Positions 19,374 through 28,221 of a DNA stretch of 64,000 bases are shown in pieces (within the stretch, counting starts at the first letter, position 1; each line of letters begins with the position of its first letter). Where the stretch lies: IMG/VR virus record IMGVR_UViG_3300027762_000001; one strand, written 5' to 3'. The notes beneath the pieces were generated by a model. That model did no database searches, was not told the origin of the DNA, and was given only the letters and a program-made list of their open reading frames with translations. The DNA comes from a virus. A program made the translations under genes and the position numbers.

Positions 19374-20282
19374 ATGAAGAAAAAAAATAGTAAAATTAGT
19401 AGGTATGTTATTCTTATAACTATTTTAGTGGTTTTTGTTTTAATCTTATTAAGTTATTTTAATGTCTCTCATGGATATTTAGAAGTAGATGAAATGAGAA
19501 AAGAAATTAGTAAAAACAATTACTCTTTTAAGGTTGCAGAAAATCCAGCAATTACACGAAAAATAGGAAATCTTAATATTGAGAATTTTTCAAAAAGGTC
19601 AAAATCTTTAAAGAATAAAAAAGTAAGTATATTAGAAGATATTCCTGCAAAGTATGACTCGAGAGAATTAGGAGTTGTAACTCCAATAAAGGATCAAGGA
19701 GAAGTTGGCACATGCTGGGCTTTTTCGACTACCGCAGCAATGGAAGTTGCGATAGCAAAAAAAGATAATGTAATAGTGGATCTCTCGGAACAATTTTTGA
19801 TGGCAGTAAATACTGAAGGGTATGGAACTAATGGTGGATGGTTTGCTCATCATTATCATATAAATCCAGGTGCTGTTTTAGAAGAAGACTTCCCTTACCA
19901 AGGCAAAGATGGAATAAAATTTGATATTCCAGATTACAATTATAAGTACATAGCAGATGATTGGGGTTATGTAGATGAGAATGTAGACATTCCAAATGTT
20001 AACATTTTAAAATCTGCAATATATAAATATGGATCACTATCTGTTGCTGTATATGCGGATAGATATTTTCAATATTATAAGGGTGGTATATTTGACAGAA
20101 ACAGAAAAGGTAATGTTAATCATGCTGTAAATTTAATAGGCTGGGATGATGAGAAAAAGGCCTGGATACTAGAAAATTCATGGGGCACAAAATGGGGTGA
20201 AAATGGTTTTATGTACATAAAATATGGAACAAATCAAATAGGTTATGCTGCATCCTATGTTACATATAGTGGTCTAAAATAA
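19374..20282 (+). CDS. Exported papain-family (C1A) cysteine peptidase
   Basis: Signal/anchor; P..YD.R..G.VTP.KDQG..GTCWAF, LSEQ, NHAV.LIGW, NSWG..WGE.G. Confidence 0.92.
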   Translation: MKKKNSKISRYVILITILVVFVLILLSYFNVSHGYLEVDEMRKEISKNNYSFKVAENPAITRKIGNLNIENFSKRSKSLKNKKVSILEDIPAKYDSRELGVVTPIKDQGEVGTCWAFSTTAAMEVAIAKKDNVIVDLSEQFLMAVNTEGYGTNGGWFAHHYHINPGAVLEEDFPYQGKDGIKFDIPDYNYKYIADDWGYVDENVDIPNVNILKSAIYKYGSLSVAVYADRYFQYYKGGIFDRNRKGNVNHAVNLIGWDDEKKAWILENSWGTKWGENGFMYIKYGTNQIGYAASYVTYSGLK

Positions 20283-20301
20283 TAGTGAGTTAATTAGTTA
20301 T

Positions 20302-20333
20302 AAAAAAATCTGCCCTGATGGGCAGATTTTTTT
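20302..20333. terminator. Intrinsic terminator
   Basis: aaaaaaatctgccc-tgat-gggcagattttttt. Confidence 0.85.
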
Positions 20334-20410
20334 CTTGTTTTCCATAATCTCATAAAGTCATATTAGGTTTTAAATTATACTACCAAAATTTTTTTTATTT
20401 GTAAAGAAAA

Positions 20411-20439
20411 TTGACACTTAAATTAAAATATATTAAAAT
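20411..20439 (+). promoter_or_regulatory. sigmaA-type promoter
   Basis: TTGACA-N17-TAAAAT. Confidence 0.7.
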
Positions 20440-20476
20440 TTTTATATAAAACTAAATTATAAAGGAGAAATAAAAA

Positions 20477-20791
20477 ATGATACAAGAAAAATTCTCCGCA
20501 CCACCAATTAAAGCAAGGCAGATAATATTAACTCAAAAAATAGAAGAAGCAAGAAATATAGTAATAGATGCAGACATAGAATTAGATTTTTTGAGGAGTA
20601 TAAAAGATAAATTAGATAGTGAACAGTCAGAGCTTATTAATAGTGAAATAAATGAACTAGAAAGAAGACATGACTTTTATCTTGAGAAATTGAATCACTT
20701 GAAAAGAGTAAGAGAATTGAAAAGAGCGGATAGAACGGCTAGAATGATAGAAAATTCTACGCCTGACACGATAACGCTCTTAGATATTTAA
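20477..20791 (+). CDS. Hypothetical coiled-coil protein
   Basis: aaggag RBS; helical heptads. Confidence 0.65.
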   Translation: MIQEKFSAPPIKARQIILTQKIEEARNIVIDADIELDFLRSIKDKLDSEQSELINSEINELERRHDFYLEKLNHLKRVRELKRADRTARMIENSTPDTITLLDI

Positions 20792-20808
20792 ATAAAAGTT
20801 TGAACTGT

Positions 20809-20878
20809 ACATGCGACTGTTGGCCGTGCACAGGCCAAGTCATATTCCTTTGGTGGCCACAAGGAAAGTCACGCATGT
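20809..20878. ncRNA. Candidate structured RNA (three-way junction)
   Basis: GC-rich island; acatgcg/cgcatgt, ttggcc/ggccaa and ttcctt/aaggaa stems. Confidence 0.4.
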
Positions 20879-20916
20879 TAAAAAAATAAAAGATTTTTCT
20901 TTTATTAACAGTTTAA

Positions 20917-20947
20917 AAAAAAACAAGGGATTATCCCTTGTTTTTTT
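20917..20947. terminator. Bidirectional terminator
   Basis: aaaaaaacaaggga-tta-tcccttgttttttt between convergent genes. Confidence 0.8.
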
Positions 20948-21182
20948 ATTTAGTTAAATTTAATAAACATTCTTGGCATATTAATTTTTTTTTAAATTCT
21001 ATCAAGTTTTCAGACTCATCACAAAAATTACAACGAGGACAATACCTTCTAATATGTATAGCTTCATCAACTTTAAAAATTTCACATTCAACCTCATCTG
21101 AAAACCCAGATTCTTCTATCCATTTTTTGGGTAGCAATACTTTACCTCGCGCACCTACTTTTTTCACACCCATAGCTATCAT
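20946..21182 (-). CDS. abrB: AbrB-like transition-state regulator with C-terminal Cys motif
   Basis: KKV...G...LP N-terminal swapped hairpin; C.FC.......FK.K.IC..C tail as in clostridial AbrB. Confidence 0.8.
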   Translation of the reverse strand: MIAMGVKKVGARGKVLLPKKWIEESGFSDEVECEIFKVDEAIHIRRYCPRCNFCDESENLIEFKKKLICQECLLNLTK

Positions 21183-21208
21183 ATTGTATCCTCCTTATTT
21201 GTTATAGC

Positions 21209-21237
21209 TTGATATTTTTTAGCCTTAACAATATAAT
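21209..21237 (+). promoter_or_regulatory. sigmaA-type promoter for head-protein operon
   Basis: TTGATA-N17-TATAAT. Confidence 0.6.
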
Positions 21238-21291
21238 TTTATTATATAGTTATAAAATGTCTACTATTTTTTGAAAATAAGGAGTGATATT

Positions 21292-22254
21292 ATGCCATCA
21301 TTATTAGAAGCTTTATCTGGCGGACTAAGTTTTTCATCACCAGCAGTAAAAGATTCAGGGAGCTTCGCTCTTCAGTTAGGGCTTTATAAAGATTCAGTTG
21401 TTAACGATTATAATAAATACAGTACACCACTAAACGAGAGCATTGCAAAAATAGCAAAAGAAAACAGCTTAAATGATAATCAGATACAAAGAATAGTTGA
21501 AGAAGTAAATAACCAAGTTTACCTTGTAAAATATGCTCAAGTAAAACAATACAAAGAAAGAGAAGTAATCTTTGATTTAGCATCTTTAAAAGTTGTTAAA
21601 GGTATACTAGAAGGAAAAGAAGCTATAGAAGATAACGATTCTATTGAGAAAAAAGCTAGCTGGAAAGAAGGAGACGATTTAAATTTTTTAAATTATAATA
21701 AATGTAAATTGCCAGGAATGAGAGAAGATAAAATTAAACCATTATCAGAAATAATGGGGGAAAAATTAGCACACGAAATATCTGAGAAAAATAAAAATTT
21801 TGATAAGGCATTGGAAAAATTTGCAGAAACAACTTATGATATAGCTGAAGCATTAATAAAGTATGATAGATTTAATAAAGACCCTCAAGAAATTTTTAGT
21901 CATATATGTAAAGAGGCAAGTGTAAATAAATATGACCAAATAATGATTAAAAAGGCTGTAACTCAAAAAGTTAATCAATTAAAAGAAGCAAGATATCTTC
22001 CGTCTGATTATAAGTTAGAATTAAATATAGTAGACTGTGCAAAGGAAGATAATTTTTCACTAGGCGAATATAGTTTAAATAAAAGAGCAAATGTAGCGCA
22101 AAGCAATGTTGAACTTCCTGTTATAGAAACTGATAGTAAAAAAGTAATAAAAAATATTCAAAGCCTTATAAATATGGCAGAGAAAATGCAAGAAGAAAAA
22201 CAAAAAGTTATTAATTTAAATGAAAATAAAAATATAATTAATAACTTAAAATAA
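21292..22254 (+). CDS. Hypothetical head-associated protein
   Basis: aaggagtga RBS; K-x-A sites EKKAS, EKLAH, EKFAE, KEAS, KRAN. Confidence 0.6.
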   Translation: MPSLLEALSGGLSFSSPAVKDSGSFALQLGLYKDSVVNDYNKYSTPLNESIAKIAKENSLNDNQIQRIVEEVNNQVYLVKYAQVKQYKEREVIFDLASLKVVKGILEGKEAIEDNDSIEKKASWKEGDDLNFLNYNKCKLPGMREDKIKPLSEIMGEKLAHEISEKNKNFDKALEKFAETTYDIAEALIKYDRFNKDPQEIFSHICKEASVNKYDQIMIKKAVTQKVNQLKEARYLPSDYKLELNIVDCAKEDNFSLGEYSLNKRANVAQSNVELPVIETDSKKVIKNIQSLINMAEKMQEEKQKVINLNENKNIINNLK

Positions 22255-22274
22255 AAATGGAAGGAGGAACCTTT

Positions 22275-23378
22275 ATGCCTCACGGTGCAGTCAAGACTCC
22301 CGAGCAAGAAGTGTTATGGGAAAAGGCAAAATTGCAAGCCGAAAAGCAGGGTCAAAAAGATAACTTTGCCTATATAATGGCTATATATAAAAATATGGGC
22401 GGTCTTAATAAAACTGCTATGGAAGATATTTTTATGGAGAAAACAGCTAAAGTTGGTTTTATAGGAAGGGTATTAGGGAAAAATGTAGGCATTGCAAAAA
22501 AAGAATTAGGCTCAGCTCTTAAAGATTTTCAAACAAAAAAAAGTTTATTAAGAAATAAAAAAGTCCAATCAGGTTTTAAATTAGGGCCACTTGATTTTAG
22601 AAAAGAAACTCCATTATACAATAAGTCTGAAATTAGAAAAATATTAAGTTCAGACATGAATAAACTGCAAGATCTTAGAACATTAAAAAAACTTGAAAAT
22701 AAAGAAACTTTTAATGCTAGAGTTAAAGGTGCTTTAGGTTTGGGCGGATTAGCAGCTGCAACACCTTATTTAAAAGATAAAATAGTAAAAGGTAAATACA
22801 CTTATCCACAAGAAACTTATACGGAAGAAACTATTGCGAACAGTGTAGTGCATGGTCTACTAAAGGAAGCTTCAATAAAAAATAAAACTCTCAACTTTTT
22901 AAAGGGAGTAAAAGATATTGGTACATTTAAAGGATATAGTGCTGCAAAACAAAATTTAAAAAATATAGAGAAGGGAGTAAATCCAACTTATTCCCTAAAA
23001 ATAAAAGAGCTTATAGGCCTTAAGAGGTCCATTAAAAACTTAAGCGGAAAAAATGAAGAGTTGAAAAAACAAATATTAAGAGAAAAAGGGTTGGATGAAA
23101 ACTCTGTATCAAGAACAATAATAGACAGAATAAAAGATGGCAATGATGTTTTAAATGCAAAAAGCAGAAGGGCGAAAGATTTAGAAAATTTATATAAAGG
23201 TAATCAAGATATTATTGGAACTGCAAATAATAAATACCAAAAAGAATATAATAAATTTGTTGACGTTAAAGACAGGGAGCTCTCTAAATCACTTGGTCTC
23301 TGGAGCATTCCAACTGTAGGAGCCCTTTATGGTGGTAAAAAAATATTAGATAAACGAAAAGAAAAGGGTAGTCCTTGA
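22275..23378 (+). CDS. Candidate polyprotein: small helical N-domain (ChaB-like?) plus basic amphipathic modules
   Basis: KTAMEDIFMEKTA and LLKEAS linkers separate modules ending in Gly-rich hydrophobic segments. Confidence 0.55.
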   Translation: MPHGAVKTPEQEVLWEKAKLQAEKQGQKDNFAYIMAIYKNMGGLNKTAMEDIFMEKTAKVGFIGRVLGKNVGIAKKELGSALKDFQTKKSLLRNKKVQSGFKLGPLDFRKETPLYNKSEIRKILSSDMNKLQDLRTLKKLENKETFNARVKGALGLGGLAAATPYLKDKIVKGKYTYPQETYTEETIANSVVHGLLKEASIKNKTLNFLKGVKDIGTFKGYSAAKQNLKNIEKGVNPTYSLKIKELIGLKRSIKNLSGKNEELKKQILREKGLDENSVSRTIIDRIKDGNDVLNAKSRRAKDLENLYKGNQDIIGTANNKYQKEYNKFVDVKDRELSKSLGLWSIPTVGALYGGKKILDKRKEKGSP

Positions 23379-23441
23379 TTATTTTGTTTCAATAAATTAA
23401 AATAGTTTTATAATACTTATTCTTTGGGAGGTTTTTAAGTT

Positions 23442-24371
23442 ATGAATAATAATGAATATAACGTATTGGTTGAAAAGTTAGCAGAGGAAATTATAGTTGA
23501 TACAGCAAAAAGATCGGAAGGTAATTTTGGGCAACCAGGAAGCTTTCCAAATATGCAACAAGAACCAAATGGTGGAGTGTCAGGTTTAGAAAGAGGCGGA
23601 GAAGAATCAAAGAGTATAGGGTCTAAGTTTTTAGATTTTATAAAAGGAACTAAAAAAGTAGAAGTTGGACCTAATGTTGTTGCTGATGCTTCAACAGGAG
23701 ATTATGCGGTTAGTGAAACTAAAGTTGCTTATGAAGAATTAGAACTAGTTAAAACTGCAGCTGAAAAAGCTTTTAATGAAGCTGACAATTATGTTCACAG
23801 TGATTCAATAAAAGAAGCAGCTTATCAAATCTATGAAGAAGCAATAGAAAAAGAAGCTACTCTAGCTTATTCTGAATCTCAAATGTTAAAACAAGCAGCT
23901 GAAGAAGCTTTCTCTGAAGCTGATAATTATGAAGATGAAGAATATATTAAACAAGCAGCTTATGAAATATTCATGGAAGCTGAAGAAGTTGAAAAGGCAG
24001 CATCAGAATATTTAGCAGAAAAAACTATAGAAGAAGCTGCGGAAGCATTTGATTACTCTCAAATGTTAAAAAGTGCGGCTGAAGAAGCTTATGCAGAAGC
24101 TGACAATTATGAAGACAGCGAGTATATCAAACAAGCAGCAGAAGAAATTTACGCTGAAGCTTTAAGTATAGAAAAAGAGGCTGGTAGCTTTTTAGTTGAA
24201 ATAGAAAAAGTAGCCGAAGAAGCGGCAGAAGAAGCAACTAAAGAAGAAGAAGATGAAGAGGAAGAAGAAGATGAAAAAGAAGAGCCTAAAGAAGATAAAG
24301 AAGAGGCTTCTAATAGTATGGCTCAAAAAATAATAGAAGAAGCGGCAAAGAAAAAAATGAATAACGAATAA
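23442..24371 (+). CDS. Glu/Ala-rich repeat protein (scaffold/core-like)
   Basis: Three K.AAE.A..EADNY.....IK.AA..I..EA repeats; acidic tail. Confidence 0.6.
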   Translation: MNNNEYNVLVEKLAEEIIVDTAKRSEGNFGQPGSFPNMQQEPNGGVSGLERGGEESKSIGSKFLDFIKGTKKVEVGPNVVADASTGDYAVSETKVAYEELELVKTAAEKAFNEADNYVHSDSIKEAAYQIYEEAIEKEATLAYSESQMLKQAAEEAFSEADNYEDEEYIKQAAYEIFMEAEEVEKAASEYLAEKTIEEAAEAFDYSQMLKSAAEEAYAEADNYEDSEYIKQAAEEIYAEALSIEKEAGSFLVEIEKVAEEAAEEATKEEEDEEEEEDEKEEPKEDKEEASNSMAQKIIEEAAKKKMNNE

Positions 24372-24450
24372 GCAAATCTTTAAAATCAGACATTTAAAAG
24401 GCATTTCTTTAATTTAAAGAAATGCCTTCTTCATAGAAAGGAGCATAGAG

Positions 24451-25872
24451 ATGGAGAAAAATTCTGGAGTAGGTAGCATATTAAGTACCGCATATGTTGG
24501 AAGTGAAGCTATTAAGGGAGCAAAGGAAAGTAAAAGACTCCTTAAAAATCCTAATGTAAATAAGTTTGATGAAATTTTAAAAAACACTCCACAAAAAACT
24601 ATTTCAACTTTTAAAATGTCATCAGCAATTGACGAGCTGTATCTTGAGAAATTATCATACGAAAACAATCAAAATAATGAAGATAAAAAAAAGAAAAGAA
24701 ATATAGCGCCTTACATAATTGGAGCATCTATATTGGGAGCTGGCGCTGCTGAAGCTATAAAAACAGGAAATCCATTAAGGCCACTGAGAACTGCAGGTAA
24801 AGCCTTGAAGGAATTTGGGCACAAGCTACCTAAAGCTGTACTTGGCAGAAGTGGAAAACCTATATTTGAAGGTTTAAGAAAATCTAAACAGATAGTTCAG
24901 GATACCAAAAAGTTTGATAAAGCATTACATGGAGGATCGCCACAAAATCTTCTCCATTATTATTTGCCAGGCGTTGTTTTTGGTGGAGGTATGGGTGCAA
25001 GCAATTTAGCGGTTCATTTGTTGGGAGATAAATACTTTGATAAAAAAGTTAATAGAAAATCATATAATAATTTCCCAAGCCCTAGTGTTCAAATATATAG
25101 AAAGAGAAAATCAGCATCAGATATGATAGATAATAATTTCATGGAAAAAATAGCACAACTAAAAGGCAAAGCTTTTGCTAAAAAATTATTTGTTGAAGAT
25201 TTTTTACAAAATAGTTTAAAAACAATACCTTTTGCACTAACTCCAATAGCTGTATCTCATGCAATGAATAGAAATTTAAAAACTGATTTTAGTCCAATAA
25301 GAGGAAGTAAAGCTCAAAATCATAATGTTGATAAAATTATAATCGAAGTGCCAAGAGAAAAACTTATTAAAACAGCAAACGTAAAAAAAAATTTTCAACT
25401 ATATAAAAAATTAAAAGGTAAAAATTTTAAAGGGTTTACTTTCAGTAAATTTAAACCTAAAGCTGATTCAGGTATAGAGTCATGGGAAAATTTTGCAAAA
25501 TATAGGGTGCCTGAAGGCATGGTCAGGTCTTTAAGTTGGTTTGGAGTTCCTGCGGCTATAACTGCGCTAACTGGAAGAAATATAAAAGGCTTAGGAGAAA
25601 AAGTTAAAAAACATGAAGATATAGATCCTGATAAAGTCAGAATAACAGTTGATAGAGGTTCTGAATACGATGATGCAAATAAATTTATGGATGCATCTAG
25701 AATGTCAAGAATGGCAGATACTAATGAATTATTTATTGAGAAAAAATCAAGTGTGACAAAAGACATAGATAAAATAGTGAAAAATATTTTATCTGAAAAT
25801 AAAAAACTTAAATCAATAAATCCAAGAGTTATAACTCAAGGTATTCAAAAAAACAAAAAAATGTTAGGATGA
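24451..25872 (+). CDS. Candidate polyprotein of membrane-active modules
   Basis: Linkers KMSSAIDELYLEKLS, KSASDMIDNNFMEKIA, KTA, RMADTNELFIEKKS; Gly-rich hydrophobic segments between. Confidence 0.55.
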   Translation: MEKNSGVGSILSTAYVGSEAIKGAKESKRLLKNPNVNKFDEILKNTPQKTISTFKMSSAIDELYLEKLSYENNQNNEDKKKKRNIAPYIIGASILGAGAAEAIKTGNPLRPLRTAGKALKEFGHKLPKAVLGRSGKPIFEGLRKSKQIVQDTKKFDKALHGGSPQNLLHYYLPGVVFGGGMGASNLAVHLLGDKYFDKKVNRKSYNNFPSPSVQIYRKRKSASDMIDNNFMEKIAQLKGKAFAKKLFVEDFLQNSLKTIPFALTPIAVSHAMNRNLKTDFSPIRGSKAQNHNVDKIIIEVPREKLIKTANVKKNFQLYKKLKGKNFKGFTFSKFKPKADSGIESWENFAKYRVPEGMVRSLSWFGVPAAITALTGRNIKGLGEKVKKHEDIDPDKVRITVDRGSEYDDANKFMDASRMSRMADTNELFIEKKSSVTKDIDKIVKNILSENKKLKSINPRVITQGIQKNKKMLG

Positions 25873-26123
25873 TAATTTTGAATAATATAATAAGCGTAAT
25901 AACTGAAGCTGCATCAAAGAAAAAATTAGTTGAAATAACATATCAAGACTCAAAAGGTCTTGTTACAAACAGAGAGACAGAGCCATATGAAATAAGAGAT
26001 AATTCTTATTATGGATTTTGTATTTTAAAAAACAGTATAAGAAAATTTAAATTATCTAACATTTTGTCAGCCAAAATGTTAGATAATGAGTATAGACCTA
26101 AGTGGTCAGTTAAAATTCCGTAA
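25869..26123 (+). CDS. Stand-alone WYL domain protein
   Basis: I..A......VEI.Y.D..G..T.R..EPY......YYGFC......R.FKL..I..A. Confidence 0.85.
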   Translation: MIILNNIISVITEAASKKKLVEITYQDSKGLVTNRETEPYEIRDNSYYGFCILKNSIRKFKLSNILSAKMLDNEYRPKWSVKIP

Positions 26124-26196
26124 AGATAGGCTGCTTTACTTTGATTGCTATTTATAATAAAATTTAAATTGAAAACATAATAAAGGAGGTTTAATC

Positions 26197-26340
26197 ATGG
26201 AATATAAAAATCATCCAGGATTTATCGCTTTTAAAGCTTCTAATGTAAAAGAAGATGTAAGCTGTAAAGAAGAAAATATTGATAAAGATATCGTTGAGCC
26301 TGAGAAAAAGAATGAAGGTGGTGACGAAGGCAAAGAGTAA
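26197..26340 (+). CDS. Small acidic protein (47 aa), not in ORF track
   Basis: aaggaggt RBS; MEYKNHPGFIAFKASNV...GKE. Confidence 0.55.
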   Translation: MEYKNHPGFIAFKASNVKEDVSCKEENIDKDIVEPEKKNEGGDEGKE

Positions 26341-28210
26341 AATCTTTGCCTTAATACTTATGAGAAAATTATCTGATTCTATAATAAAAGAAGCATGTGA
26401 AGAACTAAATGTTGAAGGAAAGCTAGAAAAAAAGGCTTTAAACTTTGCAGATTTTTCTTTTTTGCCAGGATCTATATTGGGCTCAATAACTGGCTCAATT
26501 ATAGCTGGGAATAAAGTTAAAGCTGAGAACCTTCAAAGAAGAATGGAAGAAGAGGACAGAACAGCTTTAAGCGGAAATTATTATAACCAGGCTCAAAATA
26601 TAGTTAATAACTTAAAAGTTGTATTCACGCCATTTGGAGTTATATATATAGTAAAAGATGGCCCTAAAGAAACTACGATTGAAAATATAAACACAAATGA
26701 AATGAATACAGCTATGTACTCTGCTTGGCAAGCTAAAGATGCAGAATACTTTAAAAATATACTATTAAACAAAATGCAAAGTGAGCTTCAATTTGTTGAA
26801 CAAATGTTTGCAAAAAAAATGGTGGAAAAACAGCTTGGTATAAATAATACGATAAAACAAGAAAAGAAAGCATCTATAGATTTTAATGACTTAACTTTAT
26901 ATGAAACTTTAGAGTATGTATCAAAAATGAAGGATATGTATTCTAAACAAAATGAAGCTACAGAGAAGATAGCATCTCTTTTAATTAATGAGATGGATGA
27001 AAGAGAAGATGATTATGTTATATCTTTAAAGTTAGAAAGACCAGTAGAAAAATATGCTTTCTTCGGAGAGGCTTTAAAATTTATGGGGCTTGAAGTAGGA
27101 AGTAAAGACATAAAATCATTACAAGGAAAATTTCTTAATCCATCACATTTAAATAATAGAGTTCAAGTAGGCTTTTTACCTGATAGAGTTGTTTTTATAG
27201 TTGATAATAAGGTTATGTCTTCTCTTCTTGCTATGGATATGAATGAGGAGGGATTTGAGAATTTTAATAAAAGTAATGAAGGTTACTTTAGAAACTTATT
27301 TAAAGAAGAAGCTAAAAAAGGAATGTTAAGAATTCAAGGTAAGATTCCGCCTAATTCTCCTTTAATGAAAATGCAAGAAAAAAAAGCATCTTTTGAGGAT
27401 AATGACTTATCTCAAATCTTTAAAAGAAACGACATACATCCTTTAATTTATTATAAAGCTTTAACAAAAACATTCGGTGATACATGGATTTCATGGGACG
27501 GCAATGCACTTGTTAAAGCAATAGAAAACTCTTTTAATTTAAAAGATGGTGTACCTAGTATTCCACTAAATAAAATATTATCAATAGAAGTTTGTAATTC
27601 TAGCTATACTCCATATACAAGTAAGCATGCTTTCGAGAAGATAATAAGAGGTTTTACTGAAAAATCAGTTAACTTTATGGAGAGAGAAATCTCAGATATA
27701 ACTCCAGAAGATTTAGCTCTAGGTATAGATGCTTTAGATTTAGTAACTCCTAATGATGATATATATGATAATTTCAATCATGAAGTCTTCTCTCATATAA
27801 TTGAAATCTTATTGATAAATAATTGTAAAATATTTTATCCGTCAGAAATGACAGACTCTGTTTTAAAAGATGAATTTTATAGTCAATTAAATGAATATCT
27901 TTTAAATGCTACAAATAAAAAAGATATTGAAGCTATAGACAATAAGAAGCTTGAGAGTAAAACCATAAGTAATAATACGATAATAAATAAAGTATCTTTA
28001 TCTATACTTAACAATATAAGGAAAGTAAAAAAATCTTCTGATTTTGATAATATAAAATTCATTTCAGATGTACTAAATAAAACAAGTATAGAAGATAATA
28101 TAAAAAGCATTATTGAAAAACAAGTTACAAATAATATATTTTTAGATGAAGTATTGGTTATCAAAACAAGAGTATTAAAAGAGCAACTCGCTTTTCTTGA
28201 GCTAAATTAG
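26279..28210 (+). CDS. Hypothetical head-associated protein with internal duplication
   Basis: Two similar modules (LKVVFTPFGVIYIV / VQVGFLPDRVVFIV..YF.N); many EKxA sites; precedes portal; start uncertain. Confidence 0.6.
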   Translation: MIKISLSLRKRMKVVTKAKSKIFALILMRKLSDSIIKEACEELNVEGKLEKKALNFADFSFLPGSILGSITGSIIAGNKVKAENLQRRMEEEDRTALSGNYYNQAQNIVNNLKVVFTPFGVIYIVKDGPKETTIENINTNEMNTAMYSAWQAKDAEYFKNILLNKMQSELQFVEQMFAKKMVEKQLGINNTIKQEKKASIDFNDLTLYETLEYVSKMKDMYSKQNEATEKIASLLINEMDEREDDYVISLKLERPVEKYAFFGEALKFMGLEVGSKDIKSLQGKFLNPSHLNNRVQVGFLPDRVVFIVDNKVMSSLLAMDMNEEGFENFNKSNEGYFRNLFKEEAKKGMLRIQGKIPPNSPLMKMQEKKASFEDNDLSQIFKRNDIHPLIYYKALTKTFGDTWISWDGNALVKAIENSFNLKDGVPSIPLNKILSIEVCNSSYTPYTSKHAFEKIIRGFTEKSVNFMEREISDITPEDLALGIDALDLVTPNDDIYDNFNHEVFSHIIEILLINNCKIFYPSEMTDSVLKDEFYSQLNEYLLNATNKKDIEAIDNKKLESKTISNNTIINKVSLSILNNIRKVKKSSDFDNIKFISDVLNKTSIEDNIKSIIEKQVTNNIFLDEVLVIKTRVLKEQLAFLELN

Positions 28211-28221
28211 GAGGGTAAACA

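Noticed and set aside
20809-20878. tRNA or hammerhead ribozyme
   Set aside because: No T-loop or D-loop consensus and no CUGANGA core on either strand.
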